A stretch of 64,000 nt of DNA from Holosporales bacterium (GTDB lineage: Bacteria > Pseudomonadota > Alphaproteobacteria > Paracaedibacterales > CANFPP01), in the NCBI GenBank assembly GCA_947449005.1, contig CANFPP010000009.1:796-64795 (forward strand). The letters run 5' to 3'. A program made the position numbers and the translations under genes. The notes below the pieces were generated by a model. It worked only from the letters and a program-made list of their open reading frames with translations. It was not told the DNA's origin and did no database searches. Numbering within the stretch: the first letter of the stretch is position 1; every line of letters starts with the position of its first letter. This document shows, one piece after another, positions 18,426 to 28,165 of this stretch.

Positions 18426-18545
18426 CATGAGATCTCCCGGTCCAAGCCCGGGGATGACAGGGAGGGAGTACAGGAACTTATAGCGAGGGGCATAGGACTG
18501 TAGTGAAGGGGTATGATAGTAAGCGTAATGGCAGAAGCAGCAAAT
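18426..18545. repeat. Second copy of the hairpin-head plus G-rich degenerate repeat element
   Basis: catgagatc (18426-18434), cccgg/ccggg hairpin (18436-18452), gatgacagggaggga (18453-18467), then degenerate units of about 20 nt (gagggagtacaggaacttatagc / gaggggcataggactgtagt / gaaggggtatgatagtaagcg). Confidence 0.5.
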
Positions 18546-18574
18546 TTTGCGTAAGTAAGTTTGCTCTCTCGTCA

Positions 18575-19165
18575 TCACTTCCCAATGGCAGATTCATTAC
18601 CTTTTAATAACCGTGAAATGTTGCTGTAGTGTGTCGTTAAAATGGTGAGACAAATCACATTGCAGAAAAGAAAGAGAGATTTATCCGTGGAATGCTGCAA
18701 GTGCAAAAGCCCGTAAGCTACTAAAGGGGAAAGCATAAACGCTATTAGCGCTGAAAGAGAAGAGATGCGGAATAGTTTAGCGGCAATTAACCAAATCAAA
18801 CAGGTTGCTAACCCAAGTATCCAGTTAAGGGCAAAGAATACTCCCAAAGCCGTTGCAACGCCTTTGCCGCCCTTAAACTTCAACCAGACGGGGAAAATAT
18901 GGCCGATAATTGCGGCAAAACCAGCGAAGAATGCAGAGGAGGGGGAAAGGTGCAATGCAATTAAAACTGCAAAGGTTCCTTTTAACAAGTCACAAAGGAG
19001 TGTTAATGCCGCAATTTTTTTGTTTCCAGTGCGAAGAACATTCGTGGCTCCAATATTGCCTGAGCCAATTTTACGAACATCACCCAAGCCAGCCATTTTT
19101 GAAAAGAGTAACCCGAATGGGATTGATCCTAAAATGTATCCAAGTGCAATGACGAAAGCTTCCAT
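18575..19165 (-). CDS. plsY: Glycerol-3-phosphate acyltransferase PlsY
   Basis: 'GSGNIGATNVLRTGNKK', 'FKGGKGVAT', multi-TM, 196 aa. Confidence 0.9.
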   Translation of the reverse strand: MEAFVIALGYILGSIPFGLLFSKMAGLGDVRKIGSGNIGATNVLRTGNKKIAALTLLCDLLKGTFAVLIALHLSPSSAFFAGFAAIIGHIFPVWLKFKGGKGVATALGVFFALNWILGLATCLIWLIAAKLFRISSLSALIAFMLSPLVAYGLLHLQHSTDKSLFLFCNVICLTILTTHYSNISRLLKGNESAIGK

Positions 19166-19464
19166 TTAGTGTTCCCTTTGTTTATTTGAGATCCATTTTT
19201 GTTATTCTAAGTGAACTTCTCCTCGCTCTCAATCCATTTTATTGACGAATACCTTTATAATAGATATGACTATACCTGTCATAAATGAAGATACCTGTTT
19301 TTAAGTTGATCTTTTGATCATTAATTATCACTTTTAAAATCTTAGATAGAATGAGCTATCTGCGATTTTAAAAACTCTATTTCTGCTCAAAATCTCTGCC
19401 TTAAATTCCAAGCATCTTCATTCATAACAGGTATAAAGCAAATATTTAGGAGTTATTTTGAATA

Positions 19465-20118
19465 ATGATTATTGCTATAGATGGGCCGGCTGGAGCGGGG
19501 AAGGGAACGATTGCTCGTTATCTCGCTCAGAAATTTGATTTAGACTATTTAGATACAGGCCTTCTCTATAGAGCCGTTGCTTTGAAAGTAATGGAAGAAA
19601 AAATTGATATTGATAACAAAGATTCTATTATTTCGATTGCTAAGATAATTGAGGTAAAGTCATTAAATAATCCGGCATTAAAAGAAGAGGGAACTGCCTC
19701 AGTTGCTTCAAGAATTGCTGTTATTCCAGAGGTTCGTCAGATTCTAACGGAAAAGATGCGATCTTTTTGCCTGAATGTTGCGCTGCCCTATAAGGGAGTC
19801 GTATTGGATGGACGTGATATTGGTACAGTTGTCTGTCCTGAAGCTAATTGTAAGCTATTTATTACCGCCTCTGTTGAAATCAGAGCAACGCGCCGCACCA
19901 TAGAAATGGAAAAATCAAATCCTTCTGAGGCAAATCAGCACTACTTAGGAGAGATCATTCAAAGGGATTCACGCGATACTGGGCGTCAAAGTTCTCCACT
20001 TATCCCAGCGAATAATGCCGTTACTATTGATACAAGTGAGCTTACAATTGCTCAAGCTTGTGCACTGGCTGAGAGTTATTTACCTGAAGTTCTTCTTTAT
20101 CCTGAAGAATTTCAATAA
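19465..20118 (+). CDS. cmk: Cytidylate kinase
   Basis: P-loop 'IIAIDGPAGAGKGTIA', 'LDTGLLYRAVA', 'VLDGRDIGTVV', 'RDSRDTGR'. Confidence 0.92.
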   Translation: MIIAIDGPAGAGKGTIARYLAQKFDLDYLDTGLLYRAVALKVMEEKIDIDNKDSIISIAKIIEVKSLNNPALKEEGTASVASRIAVIPEVRQILTEKMRSFCLNVALPYKGVVLDGRDIGTVVCPEANCKLFITASVEIRATRRTIEMEKSNPSEANQHYLGEIIQRDSRDTGRQSSPLIPANNAVTIDTSELTIAQACALAESYLPEVLLYPEEFQ

Positions 20119-20227
20119 GTTTCTTGAATTTTTTAGTTTTTTGCAGCACAATGCGTTGGTTCATTACTATAATGAACTTATATTATATTAACCTCTAACC
20201 GATCGTAGATACTCGATAAGGATTAAC

Positions 20228-21946
20228 ATGGAAAATTTATCCAGCCAACACTCACAAGCAAAAGAATGCTTTGCAGACTTATTAGAAGACTCACTCGCAG
20301 GGAGAGAATCTTTTGATGGTGCTGTTGTTAAAGGCATCATTGTTTCAATAAAGAACGATATTGCTATTGTTGATGTTGGTTTAAAGTCAGAAGGCCGTGT
20401 TTCAATTAAAGAACTAACAGGACGTGGACGTGAGCAAGAGCTCCGTGTTGGCGACACTGTTGATGTTTATGTTGAACGCATGGAAGACAAGAATGGTGAA
20501 GCTGTTCTCAGCGTAGAAAAAGCAAGACGCGAAGCTGCGTGGGGAGAATTAGAGAAATCTTGTGAAACAGGAGTTCTTGTTAACGGTGTAATCTTTGGAA
20601 GAGTCAAGGGCGGTTTTGCTGTTGATCTTGATGGCGCAATTGCGTTCCTTCCTGGAAGCCAAGTTGACATTCGCCCAATTCGTGACATTGGTCCGCTTAT
20701 GAACATAATGCAACCTTTCAAACTTTTGAAAATGGATAAAGCGCGTAGCAATATCGTTGTTTCTAGAAGATCGGTTCTTGAAGAATCAAGAGCTGAAGCT
20801 CGTAGCGAGTTGGTTTCTCACTTGGTAGAAGGTCAAGTTCTTTCTGGTGTTGTTAAAAACATTACAGATTACGGCGCCTTTATCGATTTGGGTGGCGTTG
20901 ATGGATTGTTGCATGTAACTGATATTTCTTGGCGTCGTATTAATCACCCAAGTGATGTTCTAAAAGTTGGTGAAACAATTGAAGTTCAAGTCATTCGCTT
21001 TAACAAAGAAACTCAACGTATTTCTCTTGGTATGAAACAGTTAGAATCTGATCCTTGGAAGGGCGTTGAAGAACGTTATGTTGTTGGATCTAGACATACT
21101 GGTAAAGTTACCAACGTTGCTGATTATGGTGCGTTTGTTGAGTTAGAACCAGCAGTTGAAGGCTTGATTTACGTAACTGAAATGAGCTGGACTCGAAAGA
21201 ACGTACATCCTGGAAAGATTTTAGCGTCTAGCCAAGAAGTTGAGATCATGATTCTTGAAGTTGACATGAACAAGAGACGTATTAGTCTTGGTCTAAAACA
21301 ATGTATGGACAATCCATGGCAGAAATTTATGGATCAAAATCCAATAGGTAACATTCTTGAAGGAACTATCAAAAACATTACTGAATTTGGATTGTTTGTT
21401 GGTGTTTCTGAAGAACTAGATGGAATGATTCATTTATCAGATCTTTCTTGGGAGCAGGCTGGCGAAGAGTTGATTAGCACATTCAACAAGGGCGACGTTA
21501 TTAAAGTTAAAGTTCTAGATATCGATCCTGAAAAGGAAAGAATCAGTCTTGGCGTTAAGCAATTGGAGAATGATCCATTTGAACAAGCTTCTGGTGGTGT
21601 TAAAAAAGGTGATGTTATGACAGGAACAGTTCTATCTGTTCATGACAAAGGCATCGAAGTAACACTAGCTGATGGATTGACTGGTTCGATTAGAAAATCT
21701 GACCTATCAAGAGATCGTGCATATCAACGTCCTGATCGCTTTGCAATTGGTGAAAAAATTGATGCAAAAGTTATCACGATAGATAGAGCAACTAGAAAAG
21801 TAAACTTATCAATCAAAGCAAGAGAAGTTGAAGAAGAGAAAGAGGCTATGTCCGAATATGGCTCTTCTGATAGTGGTGCAAGCTTGGGAGATATTCTAGG
21901 TGCGGCTATGAGCAGAGCTTCTGCAAAGAAGAAAAGTAAAGAATAA
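20228..21946 (+). CDS. rpsA: 30S ribosomal protein S1
   Basis: Six S1 repeats (for example 'GVVKNITDYGAFIDLGGVDGLLHVTDISW'). 572 aa. cmk-rpsA-ihfB synteny. Confidence 0.96.
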   Translation: MENLSSQHSQAKECFADLLEDSLAGRESFDGAVVKGIIVSIKNDIAIVDVGLKSEGRVSIKELTGRGREQELRVGDTVDVYVERMEDKNGEAVLSVEKARREAAWGELEKSCETGVLVNGVIFGRVKGGFAVDLDGAIAFLPGSQVDIRPIRDIGPLMNIMQPFKLLKMDKARSNIVVSRRSVLEESRAEARSELVSHLVEGQVLSGVVKNITDYGAFIDLGGVDGLLHVTDISWRRINHPSDVLKVGETIEVQVIRFNKETQRISLGMKQLESDPWKGVEERYVVGSRHTGKVTNVADYGAFVELEPAVEGLIYVTEMSWTRKNVHPGKILASSQEVEIMILEVDMNKRRISLGLKQCMDNPWQKFMDQNPIGNILEGTIKNITEFGLFVGVSEELDGMIHLSDLSWEQAGEELISTFNKGDVIKVKVLDIDPEKERISLGVKQLENDPFEQASGGVKKGDVMTGTVLSVHDKGIEVTLADGLTGSIRKSDLSRDRAYQRPDRFAIGEKIDAKVITIDRATRKVNLSIKAREVEEEKEAMSEYGSSDSGASLGDILGAAMSRASAKKKSKE

Positions 21947-21954
21947 GTGTAATC

Positions 21955-21996
21955 GCTGAGAAAAGGCCTGCTTGGCTTTTTCTCAGCCTTTTTTTA
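21955..21996 (+). terminator. Rho-independent terminator downstream of rpsA
   Basis: gctgagaaaaggcc (21955-21968) pairs with ggctttttctcagc (21974-21987) with one mismatch. 5-nt loop, followed by a T-run at 21989-21995. Confidence 0.75.
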
Positions 21997-22007
21997 AAAA
22001 GATTAAA

Positions 22008-22298
22008 ATGACTAGATCAGAATTAATTTCGAAACTGCTAACTATCCATCACAACTTAACTTCAAAACAAGTAGAGAAGATTGTTGATCTGATTTTTGAT
22101 GGAATATCAAATGCACTTGCAGAGCAAAAACGTGTTGAGATAAGAGGTTTTGGTAGCTTTTTTGTCAAAGAGAGACAATCAAAGCAATCAAGAAACCCAA
22201 GAACAGGAAAAGTTATCTTAGTTGAAAACAAAACAATACCTTTCTTCAGAACAGGTAAAGAACTTCGAAACCGTCTGAATTTATCTCAAGCTAACTAA
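22008..22298 (+). CDS. ihfB: Integration host factor subunit beta
   Basis: 'MTRSELISKL..', 'RVEIRGFGSFFVKERQSKQSRNPRTGKVILVENKTIPFFRTGKELRNRLN'. I chose ATG 22008 because the track's TTG 21972 lies inside the terminator. Confidence 0.9.
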   Translation: MTRSELISKLLTIHHNLTSKQVEKIVDLIFDGISNALAEQKRVEIRGFGSFFVKERQSKQSRNPRTGKVILVENKTIPFFRTGKELRNRLNLSQAN

Positions 22299-22351
22299 GT
22301 TTCCAACCCTTATAAGGCTTTAATTTTTAACATGCATCTGAGGTATAGCGA

Positions 22352-23200
22352 ATGAACTGGTTGACTAACTTTGTACGTCCAAAGATCCAAGCTTTTATTC
22401 GTAGCAATGAAATTCCTGACAATCTGTGGATAAAATGCCCTGGATGTGAGCATATGCTATTTCATCGGGATCTCCTTAGTAACACACATGTGTGTCATCA
22501 CTGTCAGCATCATTTGCGTTTGAACATTCAGCAGCGTCTTGAATCTCTATTTGATGATAATGAATATAAAGAATCAGAAATCCCTAAAGTTGTAGCGGAT
22601 CCATTAAAATTTCGTGATAGCAAAAAATACGTAGATAGACTGAAAGAATATCGTTTAAAAACCAACCAAAACGATTCTGTTATTGTGGCTTATGGCCATA
22701 TTGAGAAAAATCCGGTTGTGGTTGCTGCGTTCAACTTTGCTTTTATGGGAGGTTCAATGGGGCTTGCGGCTGGAGAAGCTTTAGTCACTGCAGCAAACTT
22801 AGCTGTTAAAACTAATTCTCCTTTATTAGTCATTCCAGCTTCAGGCGGGGCTCGTATGCAGGAGGGGATTTTATCTCTCATGCAAATGCCGCGAACTATT
22901 ATTGCTGTTGAACGTGTTAAAGAGGCAGGGTTGCCTTACATTACACTTCTAACTGATCCCACTACGGGTGGCGTTACGGCATCATTTGCGATGCTAGGTG
23001 ATATTGCCATATCAGAGCCAGGGGCGATGATTGGCTTTGCTGGGGCTAGGGTTATTGAAGAAACTATGCGTCAAAAATTACCTGAAGGTTTTCAAACAGC
23101 TGAATATCTTCTTGATCATGGAATGATTGACATGGTTGTGCACAGACACAAAATGCGTGAGACATTAGGACGGTTATTTCGCCTTATTAGTAAAAAATAA
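22352..23200 (+). CDS. accD: Acetyl-CoA carboxylase carboxyltransferase subunit beta
   Basis: Zn-ribbon 'CPGCEHMLFHRDLLSNTHVCHHCQHH', 'FAFMGGSMG', 'SGGARMQEG'. Confidence 0.93.
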   Translation: MNWLTNFVRPKIQAFIRSNEIPDNLWIKCPGCEHMLFHRDLLSNTHVCHHCQHHLRLNIQQRLESLFDDNEYKESEIPKVVADPLKFRDSKKYVDRLKEYRLKTNQNDSVIVAYGHIEKNPVVVAAFNFAFMGGSMGLAAGEALVTAANLAVKTNSPLLVIPASGGARMQEGILSLMQMPRTIIAVERVKEAGLPYITLLTDPTTGGVTASFAMLGDIAISEPGAMIGFAGARVIEETMRQKLPEGFQTAEYLLDHGMIDMVVHRHKMRETLGRLFRLISKK

Positions 23201-23239
23201 CCCAGAAAATTAAGAAGCAGAGGGGGACGGAGCAAAAAA

Positions 23240-23815
23240 ATGAAAGATAAAAGTTTTTTGATAGGGCTTGTTTTATCTCCCATAATTTTATTTGGAATGT
23301 ATTGGATTGGCAGTTCATCTGATACAAAGCAACCTAAGGCAACAAATGAAGTTGTTGATATTTTAAGTTTAAATTTTTCTCCGGCAATTCCCATCAAAGC
23401 AGTGACAGAAATGCCGTTTCTGCAACTTATAGAAAAAGCAGAGCAGAAGGTATCTTTAAAAGATTTCGCAGGTAAACCTGTGGTTTTGCATTTTTGGGCA
23501 ACTTGGTGCGGTGCGTGTGTCGCTGAAATGCCAGAATTAGATGAGTTTGCAAAGCAAAATGGTATTCATATTATTCCAATAGTTGCTGAGGAAAACGCTC
23601 AATCGAAAGTGGCGGAATACTATTCCAAGAAAAATATCAAAAACCTTAAGATTTACGTCGATACAAAATCGGCACTTGCACGTTGGTTTGGTGCGAACGC
23701 ACTGCCAACAACTATATTTATTAATAAATCTGGGTTTGAAGTTGGAAGAATAATTGGGCCTGTTGATTGGTCATCGTCTGCAGGACAAGCTATTTTGAAG
23801 TATCTGACAGAGTAA
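23240..23815 (+). CDS. TlpA-family periplasmic thiol:disulfide oxidoreductase
   Basis: N-terminal TM anchor, 'VVLHFWATWCGACVAEMPEL' CxxC thioredoxin motif, 'LPTTIFINKSG'. Confidence 0.82.
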   Translation: MKDKSFLIGLVLSPIILFGMYWIGSSSDTKQPKATNEVVDILSLNFSPAIPIKAVTEMPFLQLIEKAEQKVSLKDFAGKPVVLHFWATWCGACVAEMPELDEFAKQNGIHIIPIVAEENAQSKVAEYYSKKNIKNLKIYVDTKSALARWFGANALPTTIFINKSGFEVGRIIGPVDWSSSAGQAILKYLTE

Positions 23816-23970
23816 GTTTAGAGTTATTCATACCCTATAATATGACAATAACGATAATTATCTCCAGATTATCTGAAATTAGGTGCTAATTCTCTTCAAA
23901 ATTGATTTACTTACTAAGCTAGTTGTTATACAAGTTCTGGTAATGCTTCTTTATTTACTAAGATACTTGT

Positions 23971-24699
23971 GTGTTAGAAAAAAAAAACATTGAGCCGTTA
24001 CTTTCTCGGCTTTGTGAAGAGAATTCACTTTTGGGTTTAAAAAAGGCGTTTACAGAGATATGCCAACATTATTCCTTTGACCAATTTTCTTTTGCCCAAT
24101 TTCACTATTCTAAGAAACTACTAAATTTTGAAGTAATTTCTGAGAGTTATCCTAGTTCTTGGTCGCACCATTATAACAAAAAACAATATTACTTAAATGA
24201 TCCACGCTTAAAAGATTTTGGAAAAATACACTCTCCAGTTCTTTGGGATTTAGAAAAGAATATTAGCGAATTATCTTCACTTCAACAAAGAATCTTCAAA
24301 GAAGCTGGTGACTTCAATATCAGGCAGGGAATAACAATTCCTTTTTTTGTAGAAAGCGGAACTCAAGGTTTTTTGACAGTACTTAATGTTAAAAAAATCT
24401 GTCCGGAGTCTCTACATATTGTGACGATGGTGGCTGATGCTTACTTTAAGAAAAAAAATCTACTTGAGTCTAAAGATTTAATTTCAAAGTTAACTCCACG
24501 TGAATATGGAGTCCTTAAATCAAGATCTGAAGGACTTTCTAGCAAAATGACGGCAGAGAAACTTCAAATATCTGAGAACACGGTAACTTTTCATCTCTTA
24601 AATATTAGAAAGAAGCTCAATACAAACTCTATTGATCATACAATGTTTAAATTTGGCACTGCAACCGCGCAAGAGAAGCAGTTAATTAGACCTTTTTGA
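23971..24699 (+). CDS. LuxR-family transcriptional regulator with an AHL-type autoinducer-binding domain (no cognate LuxI in the window)
   Basis: W64, Y68, D77, P78, W92, G120 fall at exactly the canonical spacing of TraR W57/Y61/D70/P71/W85/G113. C-terminal HTH 'LTPREYGVLKSRSEGLSSKMTAEKLQISENTVTFHLLNIRKKL'. GTG start. Confidence 0.82.
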   Translation: MLEKKNIEPLLSRLCEENSLLGLKKAFTEICQHYSFDQFSFAQFHYSKKLLNFEVISESYPSSWSHHYNKKQYYLNDPRLKDFGKIHSPVLWDLEKNISELSSLQQRIFKEAGDFNIRQGITIPFFVESGTQGFLTVLNVKKICPESLHIVTMVADAYFKKKNLLESKDLISKLTPREYGVLKSRSEGLSSKMTAEKLQISENTVTFHLLNIRKKLNTNSIDHTMFKFGTATAQEKQLIRPF

Positions 24700-24754
24700 G
24701 CTTTTCCGGCTCCGGTAGTGCTTAGTAGCGATCTGTTAAAATGAGATATGCTTT

Positions 24755-27700
24755 CTAATTTTTAAGATCTCTTAATTGTACTCCAGGCGTAATATCAAGA
24801 GATTTTGGTAAATGCAGATTTCTTAGTCCCTTTAAAAAGTTTATTAGTTTAGGAGAGACAATCACGATTTGAGCAGGATATTTTAAAGGAAGGGTTAATA
24901 TATACTTATTATCACTTTTGTAAGTTTTAACCGCAGAGGAATCTATTAATTTAAATATACTCCAAAATCCCTCAAAATGGAGGGAGTAGTCTTGCTGGGT
25001 AAAATCAGTACCTGAAATTTCGCAGCTATTATTTTGAAGGTTAGAGTCTGACCAATTAAACTTTTTATATTGAGATGGACCATGACGATAAGTGAATGCT
25101 TCTCCAGCATAAGAAAAAGATAATGAAGCGAACTTTGGATCCATCGTAAATGACTCGATCTGAAACGACACCATTATTTTATTTGTTTGATCAATAAATT
25201 CATCCTGAAAGCTAAGTGCTGATTGAATCTTTTGTAATGACGCTGTTGTTGCATAGAAGGAAGGTAGAACCGCATTTTCTGTACCATCTTTTAGAAGAGT
25301 GGGGCTGTGCTGCAGCATATCTAGAAAGGGCTTTAGATATGTTGTAAAAAATACTTTAAGAGTTCCATTTTCTCCAAATATTTCTTTAAAGGTTGCTAAT
25401 TCCAGATCCTTTTGGGATTTTTCAAGAAAGGGATAGGTTTGACAAAACTCCTTCTCATAAGTCTCATACACATCTGTTTTCCACGTTGTTTCAATATATT
25501 GAGAGGCATTTTGAATTACATATATCCAAGTCCGTTCAATGATTTCATATATCCAGTCTTTAAGAGGAGAGGGGAGCTTGCTAGCAGTTTCTTTAAGGGC
25601 ATAGATTGGATTTTTGACATCACCCTCTTGATAAGATTTTGCATAGAGAAAACAAGCTTTATTAGTATCAGGGGCATTAATAAGAATGGTTAGCGATTGT
25701 GCAAATTGCCCAATATTAGTGATGGTGCTTTGAAGTGTTACCAATCCTTTGTCTTGAGTAAGCATTGCAAATTCACAGAGTTCTTTAAATTGAGCCTCTG
25801 ATGATAAGGGGGAAATTGAGGCAATTTCACGGTTAATAAACGTTATTATTTTTAATAAACCTTCATTTTTGCCTGTTAGTAAATTTAGGATGTTGGCAAT
25901 ATCTTTAAGTGATGTTGTTGGTGCAATCCGAATAGTCTGTAAGAAATCTTGCCACTGAGTTAAAAAATCATGAAAATATAAATCTGTCAGCTCTTTATGA
26001 ATAACTTCCTTGTTGTAGGTAACAGGATTCGTTGTGATATCTAAGCCGAGATGTAGATCCTCGAGGAGTATGCGCTCTATAAACGAGGCACTTTTTTCTT
26101 TTATAATATGCGCATAGCCATTTTCTGTATAAAAAGATGGGATAAGTGTCTGGTTTTCTTTAAAGATCTGCCTAAAATAGGGATCCCATGCATTGATTGG
26201 TATTAAAAATCTAGGTTCTTGGCTGTCTGAATAAGCTTTTAAGCTTTGATAAATGCGATCAAGTGGATTTGATAATTTTAAAATATCTTGCTTCTTTTTA
26301 ACTAAATCAGGATCTATCGGATGGTAAGGAAGATCTTTACTTAATACTCTATCTAAGTACCACATTAATTTCGCGCAATCCTCCGGAGTATCTTTGTAAA
26401 GATTCCTAATATCTTCAGAAAAAACCTCTCGTACTATTTTATGTTCAATGGTCGATTTTTTTCCCAACGCTAAATAGACTTTAAGAAGCTTAATAAGGTT
26501 TTCAGTAGGGGCTTGCTCATTTTCAAGAAGAATTTCAAGACGTTTGTAGAGAAGGGGGATATATAACTTTATAATAGCTTTTTCAAGTATTTCTTCCATA
26601 GCATCTTGAACCTCACCTAACGTGTACTGGGTGTAAGGCCGATACCACTTTTCCTCTTTTCTATCAGTGTCCACAGTTATTCGAATCGGCTCAAGGAAAG
26701 GCAATACATCTACGAGGCTTTCCTTTGACTCCGCTGCGGCTTCTTTATTGGGGAACAATGAGAGTGTTTCAACGATGTTTTCGGTGTCATTGTGAATAGC
26801 AATATCCGACAAAAAGCAGGAAAATACAAAATATATAAAAAGTGAAATTGCTGAAAAAATACTTACTTGACGTGCCCATTGCGCAAATTTATATCGCCGT
26901 TGTTTATTTACGATAAAGGGGATGCCTCCAAAAATATGTTTTTTAAAAAACCCTTTTAAAAAATATGTCTTTGTTTGGGATTCTTGTGTGAGTGTTTGCT
27001 GGTTTTTTCTAAATAGTTTTTGTAGTGAAAAAAAATAATAATCAGTTGGTTGAGAGTAAAATGATGCAGCACTTGAAAAATAAAGTCCGAACAAAGTGTA
27101 TGGCTTTTCGGGACCTGCACCACTAAAAAGTGTTTTCAAGAAGTTTTGCAAAGTATTTTTCATGCAATAAAGCTGACGCGGAAAATTAATTGCAGAACCA
27201 AGAGTTAATGAGTCACTTTCAGAGGAAATGCCGTGAGTTGCGTTGGTTTGCAGTTGACTAATAAAATGATCGTGCTTTATAGAAAATACGCGTTGAATTG
27301 AGGCAGGATCTGACTCTTGAATTAAATAACCCAGAGGACATTCTCGTTCTGCATGTGTTAGTGCTGAAAAATATTCACAAAAGCCATCAATTTGGTCCAT
27401 TTTGCTAAGCAGGAGATAGATAGGTACGCGTATTTTTAGGCTTTGGTATAAATTGAAGAGGTATATTTGTAGCGTTTGGGTATACGTGACTTGATCTTCT
27501 TCTGTTAGCGATAAAAGATAAGGTGCATCTTGTACTAGGATAATGCCGTGAAGAGCGTGGCAAAATTGGTTACGTTTTAAAATACTTAGTAGGAGTGTTA
27601 AGATAGTTGTATTCTTAGTAGTTGTATCAATTTCTAAAAAAATACCTTCTTGAGTTAACCACCAATTTCCTGCATTTATTTTTTTTAATTCTGCTAAAAT

Positions 27701-28156
27701 ATTTTGAACTGTTGTATCAAGCGTAGCAGGAGTCATTCCAGCTTTTTGTAGTATAGATGTTTTTCCTGATGAGGGAGATCCCATAATGAGAAACAAAGGC
27801 ACTTGAGAGGTGTAAACTTTTTTGTGGCTATGCCACAATGATTGTTTTTGAAGAGTTTTAATTAACAGTGAAATGTTTTTCTTAAGTGCTTGAGGGTCGA
27901 CGCTTTCTTCAGATTTTTCATCTGTTAATTTATTAATTATTTTTTGATTGGCATATTTATCCAATAAAAAACAACTAATAATTTTGATAATCCAAAATAT
28001 AAATATAAAGCTAATGATTCCTAATCGAGTGGAAGCTGAAGCTAAAAAGGCAGAGCCATTTATTGTAATAAAAGGTCCTGCAAACCAAATTAATAAGCTG
28101 ATTAAAATTAAACCAATTAGGTTTGCAATTTCAGATATATTAAGAGTTTTTTTCAT
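24755..28156 (-). CDS. tssM: T6SS membrane complex protein TssM (IcmF)
   Basis: 1133 aa, three N-terminal TM segments, Walker A 'GSPSSGKTSIL', long IcmF-like periplasmic C-terminus. Sits next to tssL. Confidence 0.9.
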   Translation of the reverse strand: MKKTLNISEIANLIGLILISLLIWFAGPFITINGSAFLASASTRLGIISFIFIFWIIKIISCFLLDKYANQKIINKLTDEKSEESVDPQALKKNISLLIKTLQKQSLWHSHKKVYTSQVPLFLIMGSPSSGKTSILQKAGMTPATLDTTVQNILAELKKINAGNWWLTQEGIFLEIDTTTKNTTILTLLLSILKRNQFCHALHGIILVQDAPYLLSLTEEDQVTYTQTLQIYLFNLYQSLKIRVPIYLLLSKMDQIDGFCEYFSALTHAERECPLGYLIQESDPASIQRVFSIKHDHFISQLQTNATHGISSESDSLTLGSAINFPRQLYCMKNTLQNFLKTLFSGAGPEKPYTLFGLYFSSAASFYSQPTDYYFFSLQKLFRKNQQTLTQESQTKTYFLKGFFKKHIFGGIPFIVNKQRRYKFAQWARQVSIFSAISLFIYFVFSCFLSDIAIHNDTENIVETLSLFPNKEAAAESKESLVDVLPFLEPIRITVDTDRKEEKWYRPYTQYTLGEVQDAMEEILEKAIIKLYIPLLYKRLEILLENEQAPTENLIKLLKVYLALGKKSTIEHKIVREVFSEDIRNLYKDTPEDCAKLMWYLDRVLSKDLPYHPIDPDLVKKKQDILKLSNPLDRIYQSLKAYSDSQEPRFLIPINAWDPYFRQIFKENQTLIPSFYTENGYAHIIKEKSASFIERILLEDLHLGLDITTNPVTYNKEVIHKELTDLYFHDFLTQWQDFLQTIRIAPTTSLKDIANILNLLTGKNEGLLKIITFINREIASISPLSSEAQFKELCEFAMLTQDKGLVTLQSTITNIGQFAQSLTILINAPDTNKACFLYAKSYQEGDVKNPIYALKETASKLPSPLKDWIYEIIERTWIYVIQNASQYIETTWKTDVYETYEKEFCQTYPFLEKSQKDLELATFKEIFGENGTLKVFFTTYLKPFLDMLQHSPTLLKDGTENAVLPSFYATTASLQKIQSALSFQDEFIDQTNKIMVSFQIESFTMDPKFASLSFSYAGEAFTYRHGPSQYKKFNWSDSNLQNNSCEISGTDFTQQDYSLHFEGFWSIFKLIDSSAVKTYKSDNKYILTLPLKYPAQIVIVSPKLINFLKGLRNLHLPKSLDITPGVQLRDLKN

Positions 28157-28165
28157 CCTGTATTC

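Noticed and set aside
19272-19432. Three copies of atacctgt/acaggtat (lux-box-like ACCTGT/ACAGGT half-sites) upstream of cmk
   Set aside because: Two are direct repeats 19 nt apart and the inverted one is about 130 nt away. There is no 18-20-bp dyad, and 8-mers recur by chance in 64 kb.
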